From sequence record DRR723986_14582: 64,000 nucleotides of DNA, one strand, 5' to 3'. The notes under the pieces were generated by a model, which was not told the origin of the DNA, searched no databases, and was given only the letters and a program-made list of their open reading frames with translations. Position numbers and translations under genes: made by a program. Positions 39,662-50,243 of the stretch are shown piece after piece. Every line of letters begins with the position of its first letter. Position 1 is the first letter of the stretch.

Positions 39662-40951
39662 ATGCCTTCTGGTAAGGATGTCGTTTCTGGACGTCGTGGT
39701 GGCAATGGATCGAACAAGAAGAATGCCTTCTGTTCGTTCTGTCGCAAGAGCTATCGCGATGTCGGCCCACTCGTTGAGGGGCCCGGCGACGTGTATATCT
39801 GTGGCGAGTGCATTGAGCTCTGCCAGTCGATTCTCGATCAAGAACAAAAGCGTCGCGGAACGGGAAGTGAGCTATTCACTGAGATTCCAACCCCGCGTGA
39901 AATCGTTGAGCATCTCGATCAATATGTGATCGGTCAGGGCTCTGCCAAACGAGTTCTATCGGTTGCAGTTCACAACCATTACAAGCGATTGACCAGCGAG
40001 TGGTCCGGCTCGGATGTTGAGATTGAAAAGTCGAACATCCTGCTAGTCGGCCCAACGGGTAGCGGTAAGACTCTGCTGGCTCGTACGCTGGCGAAGATGC
40101 TGAACGTGCCCTTCGCGATTGGTGACGCCACCACGCTGACCGAAGCGGGCTACGTCGGCGAAGACGTTGAAAACCTGCTCCTGAAACTTCTGCACGCAGC
40201 CGATTTCGACGTCGAAGCGGCCCAGCGCGGCATCTTGTACATTGACGAAGTGGACAAGGTTGGAAAGACCAGCCACAACGTTTCGATTACTCGAGATGTT
40301 TCGGGTGAAGGCGTCCAGCAGTCTCTGCTTAAGATGCTCGAAGGCACCGTTGCCAACGTTCCTCCACAGGGCGGTCGAAAGCACCCTGAGCAGCAGTACA
40401 TTCAAATCGATACGTCGAACATTCTCTTCATCTGCGGCGGCACGTTTGTCGGCGTCGAAGAAATCGTTCGCAAGCGACTGGGCAAGAAGATGCTTGGCTT
40501 CGGCTCAGCGGGCCAAACGCACAGCGACGACTTGCCAATTTCACAGTTGATGGAACAAGTCAACAGTGATGACATTCTCCAGTTCGGCATGATTCCGGAG
40601 TTCATCGGTCGACTTCCGGTTGTTTCGGCTCTGGCTCCGCTTGAGCAAGAAGGCCTGGTCGAGGTGCTTACTGAACCCAAGAATGCACTTGTGAAGCAGT
40701 TCAAAGCGTTGTTCGGTATGGAGGACTGCGAGCTGCACTTCACCGACGAGGCATTGGCCGCAATTGCCAAGCGTGCGATGGACAAGAGCGTCGGAGCTCG
40801 AGGACTTCGCGGCATCGTCGAAAGCATCATGCTGGATGTGATGTTCGACTTGCCTGAACAACCCAAGGGCACGGTCTTCACCATTGATGTCGACAAGACG
40901 ACCGGCGACGTCAAATGCTTCAACAATGTTGCTCAGAAGAAGAGTGCATAA
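39662..40951 (+). CDS. clpX: ATP-dependent Clp protease ATPase subunit
   Basis: CSFC...CGEC zinc finger, [19 protein letters not shown] loop; SD AAGGAG before ATG 39662. Confidence 0.98.
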   Translation: MPSGKDVVSGRRGGNGSNKKNAFCSFCRKSYRDVGPLVEGPGDVYICGECIELCQSILDQEQKRRGTGSELFTEIPTPREIVEHLDQYVIGQGSAKRVLSVAVHNHYKRLTSEWSGSDVEIEKSNILLVGPTGSGKTLLARTLAKMLNVPFAIGDATTLTEAGYVGEDVENLLLKLLHAADFDVEAAQRGILYIDEVDKVGKTSHNVSITRDVSGEGVQQSLLKMLEGTVANVPPQGGRKHPEQQYIQIDTSNILFICGGTFVGVEEIVRKRLGKKMLGFGSAGQTHSDDLPISQLMEQVNSDDILQFGMIPEFIGRLPVVSALAPLEQEGLVEVLTEPKNALVKQFKALFGMEDCELHFTDEALAAIAKRAMDKSVGARGLRGIVESIMLDVMFDLPEQPKGTVFTIDVDKTTGDVKCFNNVAQKKSA

Positions 40952-40981
40952 CGCCTGAAGTCGCGAATCAAATTACGCAAA

Positions 40982-41020
40982 GCGGCAGTTGTTCATCACG
41001 AACGACTGCCGTTTTTTATT
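40982..41020 (+). terminator. Intrinsic terminator after clpX
   Basis: GCGGCAGTTGTTC-ATCAC-GAACGACTGCCGT followed by TTTTTATT. Confidence 0.8.
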
Positions 41021-41128
41021 TGCATCAATTGTGTTTGCGACGCGTCTCAGCATTTGGGCTTTCCGCAGCGCCGGAGGCGAATACATTTTGACGCAACTCA
41101 CCTTTAGAAGTCCTTGAAGCGACCAACC

Positions 41129-42697
41129 ATGACCAAACGCACGCGTTTTGCCCCTAGTCCAACCGGCTACCTCCACATCGGCGGGGTCCGTACTGCTCTG
41201 TTCAACTGGCTGTTGGCACGGCAGTCTGGCGGACAGTTCATTTTGCGAATCGACGACACCGATTCCCAACGCAACGTGGCTGAGGCGCTTGAGCCAATCT
41301 TGAAGGGCTTCCAATGGCTGGGGCTCGATTGGGATGAAGGCCCGACGCCGGACGGTCAGGACTCTACAGGCCCACACGGTCCCTACTTCCAATCCCAACG
41401 TGGTGACCTGTACAAGGCTGCAGCGAGCAAGCTACTTGCAAGCGGTCACGCCTATCGAGACTACGCCAAGCCAGAAGAACTGGCTGAACAGCGCACTGCA
41501 GCAGAAAAGGCTGGAAAGACGTTTGTCTACGATCGCGCTTGGATGGCTGAGACCGATGAGCAAGCGGCTGCCTTTGAGGCCGAGGGGCGTAAGGTCGTCG
41601 TCCGGCTGAAGATGCCTCGCGAGGGGCAGTGTATTTTCGAGGACGAAGTACGTGGGCAGGTTGAATTCAACTGGGCCGAGGAGCAAGACCACGTCATCCA
41701 ACGCGCCGATGGTTCGTGCTTGTACCACTTGGCCAGTGTCGTTGATGACTACGAAATGAAGATCACTCACGTTGTCCGGGCCGTTGAGCACCTGAGCAAC
41801 ACGCCGCGTCAGATATTCATTGCTCAGGCGCTGGGCTACGAGCTACCGACTTACGCGCACTTGCCATTCGTTGCCGAACCTGGAGGCACCGCCAAGCTTA
41901 GCAAACGGAAGCTCTCAAAGTACCTGAAAAACAAAGAGTTTGCGGATCTGAACGCGCTCGGGCTGAGCATCGCCGAAAGGGCAAATATCCCGACCGACGG
42001 CGATACGTTTAATCCAGTAATCGTTGACTTCTACGAAGCGATTGGATTTTTACCAGCCGGCCTCTTGAACTACCTAATGCTTCTGGGGTGGTCGCTTGAC
42101 GACAGCACTGAGGATTTTTCGATCGAGCAGATGATCGAACACTTTTCGACAGCCAGAATTACAAAGAGCCCGGCTAGTTTCGACCCGCAAAAACTCATCG
42201 CGTTCCAGGCTCGATGGATGCAGAAACTCTCCCAAGAAGAGCGGCTCAAAATGTGTTTGCCGTATCTGAAGTCGGCTGAACTTTCAGATGGTGACTCGAC
42301 TGAAAAGGTCTCTCAGATCATTGCCGGAGCCGGAGATCGCATCAAGGTCGCTGGTGACATTCTCGACTACGACGACTTCTTCTTAGCGGACGACGGCCTG
42401 AACTATGACGAGAAGGCGTTTGAAAAGCGTGTCAAGAACGACCCGGCTGCCGTCGAATTGATGCAGAAGTTTGTTCCGCAGCTACAGGGGCTGGATGATT
42501 TTTCTGCCAGTTCGATCGAAGTTGCCACGAAGCAATTTGTTGAGTCGGAAGGCGTCAAGATCAAGGCCATCATTCACGCGTTGCGTTTGATGACAACAGG
42601 CAAGGCGGTTGGCTTTAGTATGTTTGAGACGCTAGCCATCCTCGGCAAGGAAAGCGTCTTGGCACGAATCGACGCATCGATCAGCCGGATTGGCTAA
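41129..42697 (+). CDS. gltX: Glutamate--tRNA ligase
   Basis: [29 protein letters not shown]-terminal anticodon-binding domain. Confidence 0.96.
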   Translation: MTKRTRFAPSPTGYLHIGGVRTALFNWLLARQSGGQFILRIDDTDSQRNVAEALEPILKGFQWLGLDWDEGPTPDGQDSTGPHGPYFQSQRGDLYKAAASKLLASGHAYRDYAKPEELAEQRTAAEKAGKTFVYDRAWMAETDEQAAAFEAEGRKVVVRLKMPREGQCIFEDEVRGQVEFNWAEEQDHVIQRADGSCLYHLASVVDDYEMKITHVVRAVEHLSNTPRQIFIAQALGYELPTYAHLPFVAEPGGTAKLSKRKLSKYLKNKEFADLNALGLSIAERANIPTDGDTFNPVIVDFYEAIGFLPAGLLNYLMLLGWSLDDSTEDFSIEQMIEHFSTARITKSPASFDPQKLIAFQARWMQKLSQEERLKMCLPYLKSAELSDGDSTEKVSQIIAGAGDRIKVAGDILDYDDFFLADDGLNYDEKAFEKRVKNDPAAVELMQKFVPQLQGLDDFSASSIEVATKQFVESEGVKIKAIIHALRLMTTGKAVGFSMFETLAILGKESVLARIDASISRIG

Positions 42698-44628
42698 GCG
42701 GCCTTATTCTGCTGCTGCATTCGCCGTAACCGCTTACGCTCCGCCTTCGTCAGCGGGCGAGCGTTTTCCTGCTTGGAATCGTCGTCGCTTCCCGCTTGGG
42801 CTTGATTCCCGTCTGTGTTGGGTTTCGGTCCATCACCCGGTTTGCGAAGACCAACATCGTCATCGCTAGGCGGCTTTAGGCGGAACGATGGCATAGATGG
42901 CATTTTCATCTTCGGCATGCTTACTTTGGGCATGCCAAGTTTGAGCCAAGACTTTTTGCCGCCTTCTTCGCCGTCGGCAGAATCGCCGTCGCTCGCGGAG
43001 TCATCAGTTTTTCGTCCCTGAGAATCCTTCTTGGCTGATTTCTGTTTTCGGGGGACTTTCTTGTACTCTTCTGCTTCACCACCGTCTTTGGGTTTTCGAA
43101 GCCAACTAGAGAATCGCCCGCCCTTGCCTGCCGACTCGTCTGATCCTTCTTCGTTGTCCCCTCGGTCCTTGAGGCGCTCTTGAGCCTTCTGCTCCTTGTC
43201 GGCTCGACGCTGCTCTGCTTTCTCGGCCTTGGCGGCTCGTGCCTCTTCGCGACGGGCTGCGGCAGCTTCTTTCTGCTCATCACTCTTGCGAAACATCCCA
43301 CCGACAGAAAATCTACGCTTGCCTTCAGGTGCATCTGATTGGTCAATGGGTTGCTCGACTGACTGAGTGGATGGCTTCCCAGGGTTAGAGCGACTCGGAC
43401 GTGGCGATTCATCCTTTGTTTTTTGGTTGTTGGAAACCGGCTGTGGCTTGGAATCCTTGGAAGCTGCTCGATCTTGCTTTGGCGAGAGCTTCTTGTCAGC
43501 GTCATTTTCGCGTCGGCGACGCGCACTCGTTGCGCTGGTTTCATCGGCACCGGAGGAGTCGGATTCGCCACGATTTCGCCGCATCCATTGTGGTGCTGAA
43601 GGCATTCGCAGCCCAAACCGCGAACCTCCTTTGGCAGAACCCTCTGCGCTAGCATCACTGCTTGCATCCGACTGTCCGCCGCCGAAGCTCGGCATTGCGT
43701 CGCGAATTCGTTGTTTGAAAGGAACGGCCGCTTGCTTCTGGTGCAAGGCGCGTTGACGACTGAGGAACCGCTGCTGCGCTTCGATATAGACATCCCGCAG
43801 GTACGACAGCCCGGCGAGCCAGATACAGGTCAGCCCTATCATCCAGCCAGATGAACCAAGCCAGATTCGGATTTGCGGTGTCATGTTAATCGTGAATTCT
43901 GGCTGCGCAAGAGCAGCGCTCACGCCCCAGCAAACCAATCCGGCCAAAGTAAAGACCACGCTGGCCGGCGTCGACTTTAGTTCGCTACAGAGCCGCAGGC
44001 CAAGCATACCGACCAACACTGCTACAGTTGCTTTCACAACGGCAGGACCACTCCAGCCAAGATTGGCGGTGCTCCAGTTGTTTAGTGCGGCAGCAAACAG
44101 ACTAATGATACTGGTGGAGGCTTCGATGCTACCTAGAACACACGTAAGCACCAACCAGAACCAGAGGCGGTATTCCCCGTTGTAGTCGTCGAGTTTGTGT
44201 CGCCGGAGCTGGAATGTCAGTACCGTTGTGCCCAGGCACAGTAGCCAGAGCTGACTACACAACCATGCAGCCAAACTGCGCGGATAACTAGCGTCCAGGG
44301 TCAACGCGAGGGGATGACCATACCAAGGCAGTTGGCCAGAGACGTTTATCAGGTAGTGGAACGTTGCCAGCACCAAGGGGATTAGGAGGCTAATCGCGAT
44401 CGCTGCGAGGTAAGATCGTCGCCGAACGGGAATCAACTGCACAAGGCGTTGGCCGCAGGTTCGCCGTACATCTTGGCTGTAGCCGGCACTCCGTCTGGCA
44501 GTGCCTTGATTTCCCAGAGCTGGCTTCTTGGCTTGCGACTTCGACTTCTTTGATGTGGTCTCGTCGCGAGCGTTTTCACGAAGCACTCTCCTCCGCCGAT
44601 CGTTTCTAGTGTCCCTGGTCAGCGGCAT
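42694..44628 (-). CDS. Hypothetical multi-pass membrane protein with a long charged disordered C-terminal tail
   Basis: About 6-7 hydrophobic segments, then roughly 350 aa rich in K/D/E/S/G; stop overlaps the gltX stop. Confidence 0.8.
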   Translation of the reverse strand: MPLTRDTRNDRRRRVLRENARDETTSKKSKSQAKKPALGNQGTARRSAGYSQDVRRTCGQRLVQLIPVRRRSYLAAIAISLLIPLVLATFHYLINVSGQLPWYGHPLALTLDASYPRSLAAWLCSQLWLLCLGTTVLTFQLRRHKLDDYNGEYRLWFWLVLTCVLGSIEASTSIISLFAAALNNWSTANLGWSGPAVVKATVAVLVGMLGLRLCSELKSTPASVVFTLAGLVCWGVSAALAQPEFTINMTPQIRIWLGSSGWMIGLTCIWLAGLSYLRDVYIEAQQRFLSRQRALHQKQAAVPFKQRIRDAMPSFGGGQSDASSDASAEGSAKGGSRFGLRMPSAPQWMRRNRGESDSSGADETSATSARRRRENDADKKLSPKQDRAASKDSKPQPVSNNQKTKDESPRPSRSNPGKPSTQSVEQPIDQSDAPEGKRRFSVGGMFRKSDEQKEAAAARREEARAAKAEKAEQRRADKEQKAQERLKDRGDNEEGSDESAGKGGRFSSWLRKPKDGGEAEEYKKVPRKQKSAKKDSQGRKTDDSASDGDSADGEEGGKKSWLKLGMPKVSMPKMKMPSMPSFRLKPPSDDDVGLRKPGDGPKPNTDGNQAQAGSDDDSKQENARPLTKAERKRLRRMQQQNKAA

Positions 44629-44963
44629 AGCGAATCTCGGTCACGGTTGCAGAGTGGCAATTCCAGTCGGGCAAGGTCGCAAAATTACGAGTTCTGCGTC
44701 AAGTGCTTTGCGTGAAGAGCCTTCGCTATCAAAGGCGATTGAGGCAAAACCGAATGCGCAAATTCTGCCGGTGGTGACGGTCGTGCCGATGAGCGAAGTG
44801 CGGCACGTCGAAGGCGACTCAAAATCACGTCCATCAACTTTGCCATGCGCGTTCACAAAACCTAGGTTTGGTTCTATCGCGGAATCGCTAGAGACATCTT
44901 GCTAGCGTGATTTGAAAGCGGTTCGCAATCCGAGATTCACCCCCTATCTGAGCAGCGTTTCAA

Positions 44964-47174
44964 ATGCAGGCTTTGCCCTCCGTGCCCCACGGTCCAGTCG
45001 CCGCCACCCCAGCGCCGGCGATCCACTCCGCACCAACACCGCAAGATAGGGTTGATGCGAAGCTAGCAAACGCAAGACTCGGTAGCTACAGCGGGCTGTT
45101 TCATGCCCTGAGAGCGAAGCACCCACCAACGGCCGCACACTGCCTGCGCGTGGCGCTGGCCTGTTCGCGTTGGGCTGAGCAACAAGGTTTGGGCGAAGTA
45201 GCCCGTGACCAACTCGAGATTGCCGCCCTGCTCCACGACATCGGAAAGATTGGAATTCCGGATTCGATCCTGCAAAAGCCGGCTCAATTGACTGTCGACG
45301 AGCAGTTGATGATGCAAATGCATGTTGAAGTCGCCGACGAAATTCTGCGGGGATGCGGCACCGATCCAGAAATCGTTTCGATTATTCGTCAGGCTCGCCG
45401 CAGCGGTGATGATGAATCGAACGAGCCGGCCAGTCCGGAAACGGCCAATCCCGAAACGAACCGCCTGGCACAGGTGCTTTGGATTGCCGACGCGTTTGAT
45501 TCAATGACGTCCGAACAAGTCTTCCGACGGGCCCTTAGCAGAGAAACCGCGATCAACGAGCTATTCGCAAGTGAACACGCGGATAACGACCTCGTCGCAG
45601 ACTATTCAAAACTCATCTCACGTTCTCAGCCAGAGCTGGATGGTGCCGTCGCCAACCGGTGGTTGAAACAGTTGATTCCCGAAGACGTTTCCGGTTTTTC
45701 GTCGATCGATTGCAGCCTTGCATGCGGCGCGCACCAGAACATTATTGATTCGGTCTTCCAGCCTCGCCTGATGGAAGCAATGTCCGATGCAGCCATCTAT
45801 CTTGATGCCAGCAATCAAATTTTGCTTTGGAATCGAGCTGCCGAACAATTAACTGGCCACCGCGCTAGTTCAACGGTCAACCGCTCGTGGGACTACTCTG
45901 TTGTCAACCTGCAGACGGAGGACGACCAGCCAATAGACGAATCGGTTTGTCCAATCGTTTCCATGCGACAAACTCACACGAGTTGTACCCAGCGACTGAA
46001 GCTGACTCAGCCAAACGGAAAGTCAATTGTCGTCAATGTAACGGCGCTTCCAGTATTCACCAGTAGCGGCGTTTTCTGTGGATCGATACTGCTTATTCGT
46101 GACGCATCCACTGAAGCGAACTTAGAACAACGCGTAGAATCTCTTCACAAGATTGCGACCAGCGATCCACTAACGAAGGCAGCCAACCGCGTAGAACTAG
46201 ACCGTCGCTTGCCGGAGATCATTGAAGAGCATCATACGACGAATGATGCGGCAAGTATCATGATCTGTGACATTGATTTCTTTAAGAAGATCAATGACAC
46301 CTACGGGCACCAAGCAGGCGATGAAGCTCTGGTCACATTTGCCGGCATCTTAAAAGAACAAGCTCGTGCAACGGACATTGTTGCCAGGTTCGGTGGTGAG
46401 GAATTCGTTGTCGTTTGCCCAGCGTGTGATAACGCTTCTGCAACTGCCCGTGCTGAACAAATCCGTAAAGCGGTCGAGCGAACGCCCGTCCCTTCGCTCG
46501 ACGGCCGAACCATGACCGCGAGTTTTGGCGTTACCGAATTGCTTGTCGGTGACACACCAGATGTCTGGTTGGCTCGAGCCGACCGTGCATTGCTTGAGGC
46601 AAAAGAGAGTGGACGCAATCGAGTCATTCAGGTGGGCACCGGACGCAACGACCACGTCGCTCAGCAGCCCACCGAAGCGGCTGACCTGATCGATACTGAC
46701 GCGGGAGAAGCCGGACAGAGCAATGGTAGCTGGCTCTCTTGGTTCGGCGCCAAAGATGAACGCAAGTTGCTGCTATCAACTGAGCTGCTAGCGGCCGTGC
46801 CAAGCGACTTGGCGGTCCAAAAGCTCGCTGGCTTCGTCAACGACTACTCAGCCGAAATTGTGCGCACCGATGCACAAGTCGTCGCGATGAAGATCGACAT
46901 GGGACATTCGAAGTTTGGTCAGCGAAGCGGCGAACGCCCAGCGACATTGTTGCTGCAGATCGACATCATTCCAGTTGAGTATCGCAACGCAAAGGGAAGC
47001 GACTACCAGAGCCGAACAAAGCTGAACGTTGAAATTAGCACGTTAAAAGCACGCGACCGACGCCAGGATGCTCTGCGAAGCCAGGGCAATCAACTCTTGG
47101 CTAGTTTTCAGTCGTACATGGTTACCCAGATTATCGACTCGGAATTGGCGAAGAACATCAACGAGCCGCGCTAG
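44964..47174 (+). CDS. Diguanylate cyclase with N-terminal HD-like and PAS domains
   Basis: LLHDIGKIG, WNRAAEQLTG (PAS), DIDFFKKINDTYGHQAGD, RATD I-site, RFGGEEF. Confidence 0.92.
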   Translation: MQALPSVPHGPVAATPAPAIHSAPTPQDRVDAKLANARLGSYSGLFHALRAKHPPTAAHCLRVALACSRWAEQQGLGEVARDQLEIAALLHDIGKIGIPDSILQKPAQLTVDEQLMMQMHVEVADEILRGCGTDPEIVSIIRQARRSGDDESNEPASPETANPETNRLAQVLWIADAFDSMTSEQVFRRALSRETAINELFASEHADNDLVADYSKLISRSQPELDGAVANRWLKQLIPEDVSGFSSIDCSLACGAHQNIIDSVFQPRLMEAMSDAAIYLDASNQILLWNRAAEQLTGHRASSTVNRSWDYSVVNLQTEDDQPIDESVCPIVSMRQTHTSCTQRLKLTQPNGKSIVVNVTALPVFTSSGVFCGSILLIRDASTEANLEQRVESLHKIATSDPLTKAANRVELDRRLPEIIEEHHTTNDAASIMICDIDFFKKINDTYGHQAGDEALVTFAGILKEQARATDIVARFGGEEFVVVCPACDNASATARAEQIRKAVERTPVPSLDGRTMTASFGVTELLVGDTPDVWLARADRALLEAKESGRNRVIQVGTGRNDHVAQQPTEAADLIDTDAGEAGQSNGSWLSWFGAKDERKLLLSTELLAAVPSDLAVQKLAGFVNDYSAEIVRTDAQVVAMKIDMGHSKFGQRSGERPATLLLQIDIIPVEYRNAKGSDYQSRTKLNVEISTLKARDRRQDALRSQGNQLLASFQSYMVTQIIDSELAKNINEPR

Positions 47175-47631
47175 CCCGATTTGAGCCCTGCGAGACAGGC
47201 TCAGCCGCCAAATTGACTCTTGAGGCGATTCAGCCGCTCTTCAACTTCCCGCTGGCACGAATGTCCCCGTTCCCGGGCTCTCTCTGAGGGACTCCCTACT
47301 CAGGCTGCTATCCCAGCCTTTTCCCACCGACAGGCTGCTCAAATTCTCGCTTGGCTGGTTGCCAGGGAGGCCGTTTAGGCATATCGTCTGCTATCAACTT
47401 TGGTCTCTTTTTCGTTGAATTCGCGGAATTAAGCGTCGAATCAACGCGATAGCTGACCATCTACCAGCCTCCGCCTTTTCTCGTGGCAACAATGGAGTGC
47501 TGTTCCACATTGGCTAGATGAATCGAGCTGCTGTGGTTCGGGAAAAGAGCTTTTTCTGCTCCTGGAAGTTTTTCGCCGGTGGCGGCGAAGCAACAATATT
47601 GACCTGTAGAATCGAATCCAAGGGACAACTG

Positions 47632-48255
47632 ATGGCTTACGAACTGCCCGCATTGCCTTACGCTCACGACGCTCTTGAACCCCACTTTGATGCACAGACC
47701 ATGGAAATTCACCATGGCAAGCACCACCAGGCGTACATCACCAAGGTGAATGCTGCGATCGAGGGCACTGACCTGGCATCGAAGAGTGTGGAAGACTTGA
47801 TTTCGGATCTGAGCAGCGTCCCAGCGGACAAACAAGGCGCGGTCCGCAACAACGGTGGTGGCCACGCGAATCACTCGCTGTTCTGGACGGTTATTGGTCC
47901 TGGAAAGGGTGGAAACCCAACAGGCGATCTCGCTGCTGCGATTGACTCAACGTTTGGTTCACTAGACACATTCAAAGAGCAATTTGCTGCAGCGGGCGCT
48001 ACGCGCTTCGGTAGCGGTTGGGCTTGGCTCTACGTCGAAGGCGGAACGCTAAAGGTCGGCTCGACAGCAAACCAAGACTCACCACTCATGGGCGCTGACA
48101 TCGCTGGAATCGGCGGCACTCCACTGCTTGGGCTGGACGTATGGGAACACGCATACTACCTCAAATACCAGAATCGTCGCCCTGACTACATCGCTGCGTT
48201 CTGGAACGTGGTTGATTGGGACGCAGTCGCAGAACGATTTGCTGCAGCTAAGTAG
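47632..48255 (+). CDS. sodA: Fe/Mn superoxide dismutase (Mn-type signature NNGGGH)
   Basis: [35 protein letters not shown]. Start at ATG 47632. Confidence 0.95.
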   Translation: MAYELPALPYAHDALEPHFDAQTMEIHHGKHHQAYITKVNAAIEGTDLASKSVEDLISDLSSVPADKQGAVRNNGGGHANHSLFWTVIGPGKGGNPTGDLAAAIDSTFGSLDTFKEQFAAAGATRFGSGWAWLYVEGGTLKVGSTANQDSPLMGADIAGIGGTPLLGLDVWEHAYYLKYQNRRPDYIAAFWNVVDWDAVAERFAAAK

Positions 48256-48282
48256 CTCTCAATCCGACAGGCTGACTAAACG

Positions 48283-48312
48283 AAATGCGTACCGCTGGGT
48301 ACGCATTTTTTT
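48283..48312 (+). terminator. Intrinsic terminator after sod
   Basis: AAATGCGTACC-GCTG-GGTACGCATTT followed by T-run. Confidence 0.88.
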
Positions 48313-48641
48313 ATGCGCGTGTGGCAAAAAAGACTCTTAAAATAGAACTGGTCGATGCGTTTGGCGGCCCTGGATTGGTTTGCTGGCATTGCAAGGGCAG
48401 CGAAGTTGGATGCGCTGTGGCGTAAGCCTCAGGCGAATCGTCACGTCATATTCCAGTTGAGTTTTCAGTTACGTGTAGGTCGGCATTTTTTCCACCCGAA
48501 TCGTCCTAGCCGTCACAAATTCCAAGCGTTGCTTGCAAAGTGATTCTGATCTGGACAGAGACGTGTTGGCATTGCTACCGTCGAGCAGGTGGGGTGCTTG
48601 CGCGCGTTTGGACAGCTTGTTCTCTAGCAGGAAATCGAACC

Positions 48642-50051
48642 ATGAATTTAGCCACAACCCGAGGGTACTTCCGAAGTGCCCGTAGGTACTCGCTTTCTGC
48701 GCTGGTGCTGGCTCTAGGCGCGTCGTTACAGACACCAGCCCACGGCCAAGCGCCTCAGCAAAGTCAGGTTGTTCGTTTATCTGCCAATGCATGGCAGCCC
48801 GCTAGCGCGTCCCGTGCTCATCGAACACGATTTCAAACACAAGCCTCGCTCAGTGATGGCCTCCCTGCCCTTCCCACGTCCTCAACTTCCAGCTCGGCAG
48901 ATGTCCCCCCATCCCTGCCTCCGCAGCTACCTCCAATACAAGGACTAGCTTCCGAGCAACAAGGCCCGTCCGCCGCAGCCCCTCAACCAGCGTTTGGTGG
49001 CCTGCAGGATGATGTTCCGGGCATCCCTTCTCCGACTCCGCGATCGCAAGGCAACGTGGGCGGCTTCCAGCCTCAACAGGCTCCTCCACCTGAATTCGCA
49101 GCAGGTGGCAACGCGAACATTCCACCACCAGCCGCTTCATCGCTTGGTGCCTCAGCCCCCGCGGGGTCCGCGCCACCTCCGATTGGGTACGGCAATCAAT
49201 CGCTTCCTGATACCCGCCCACAATCCGCCGGGCCTGACCGGTTGTCTGCGGCCACTCCTCCTACCAGCTCACTACCGTCTAGCTCGCTTCCTGGCAGTTC
49301 AATGCCATCGAGCTCAATGCCGACGATGAATAACACCGGCTCACAACCCGTGTCCCCCTCGGTGTCAGCGGCGGCGTTCAACGCAAATGGCAGCCAGCTT
49401 CGCACGCAGCGTGACAGTGGCCTTGATGCCCGGCAGCCCACAAGCAGGCAACCGAATAGCTTCTCGCAAGCAAGCCAAACGCGCACAATACCAGCATCAC
49501 AGGTCGCAACTGGGGCTCCTTTCGTTTCACAGCCCCGTCGCGGAAACTACGCAACAGTTCCCTACAACCCAGCGCTATTCCAGCACACGCTGTACGAACG
49601 TGTTCAGCCACAGAATTCGTTGGCTGGGTTTGCACGCCCAAGCGGCGTCGGCTCGCAACTGCGCCCGCAGGATTCTGTCGCCAGCAATAGGCAGCCCAAT
49701 TCAGCCAACCAAGCTGTACGCGGGCAACTTGCATCCACACCAGTGTTGCAAAACGTAGGACAACAGAGTGTCGCGGGGCGACAGGCAGCACCCGGCTTTC
49801 ACCCAACTGCATTTCAGCAGTGTGCACCTGGAGCATCGACGGCGAATATAGATCCCGCTTTCGTTCCGCCAACCTTGACGCCCAATTATGCGCCAGGGGT
49901 CTACGCAGCGGGGAACGCCGGCTATCGTCCACTCTTCAGCCTCGGACAGGAAAACTACAACGTTTCACTAGGTCGCGGGATCGTGGGACAACCAACTGTC
50001 TACGTGTCAGGGCAGCCCGTACGTAACTTCTTTCGTTACTTGTCACCCTAG
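48642..50051 (+). CDS. Secreted low-complexity P/S/Q/A-rich protein with an ordered C-terminal motif
   Basis: Signal-like segment ending PAHG; long disordered body; C-terminus GRGIVGQPTVYVSGQPVRNFFRYLSP. Confidence 0.75.
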   Translation: MNLATTRGYFRSARRYSLSALVLALGASLQTPAHGQAPQQSQVVRLSANAWQPASASRAHRTRFQTQASLSDGLPALPTSSTSSSADVPPSLPPQLPPIQGLASEQQGPSAAAPQPAFGGLQDDVPGIPSPTPRSQGNVGGFQPQQAPPPEFAAGGNANIPPPAASSLGASAPAGSAPPPIGYGNQSLPDTRPQSAGPDRLSAATPPTSSLPSSSLPGSSMPSSSMPTMNNTGSQPVSPSVSAAAFNANGSQLRTQRDSGLDARQPTSRQPNSFSQASQTRTIPASQVATGAPFVSQPRRGNYATVPYNPALFQHTLYERVQPQNSLAGFARPSGVGSQLRPQDSVASNRQPNSANQAVRGQLASTPVLQNVGQQSVAGRQAAPGFHPTAFQQCAPGASTANIDPAFVPPTLTPNYAPGVYAAGNAGYRPLFSLGQENYNVSLGRGIVGQPTVYVSGQPVRNFFRYLSP

Positions 50052-50243
50052 TGATAACCGCAGTTCGGTTTTTGAGGGCGACCTGCATCAGGTCCGGTTG
50101 TAACGATTAGGTCGATTCTTCGTTGCGGATGCTGCGTGCACCAGGGTAATGCACCGGCAGCATTAGTTTGCAGGGAGTAGCGTGATTGGATTGCGTTCTA
50201 CATTTGTGGACCATCTTCAATCCACTTTCCCAGCAAACCACTC

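Noticed and set aside
42921-43793. 290-aa alternative-frame ORF inside the 644-aa membrane protein gene
   Set aside because: Lies in low-complexity sequence that is poor in stop codons; no independent start signal.
44740-44800. GGCAAA...CGCAAA resembling a c-di-GMP-I riboswitch upstream of the diguanylate cyclase
   Set aside because: I could not build the GNRA-capped P2 or the tetraloop-receptor P3 stems.
47377-47392. Sigma54-like GG-N10-GC (AGGCATATCGTCTGCT) upstream of sod
   Set aside because: Several deviations from TGGCACG-N4-TTGC; could easily occur by chance.
50172-50181. AGGGAGTAGC resembling the 5' part of the yybP-ykoY Mn riboswitch
   Set aside because: Downstream conserved riboswitch elements are not seen and the downstream gene is a flippase.
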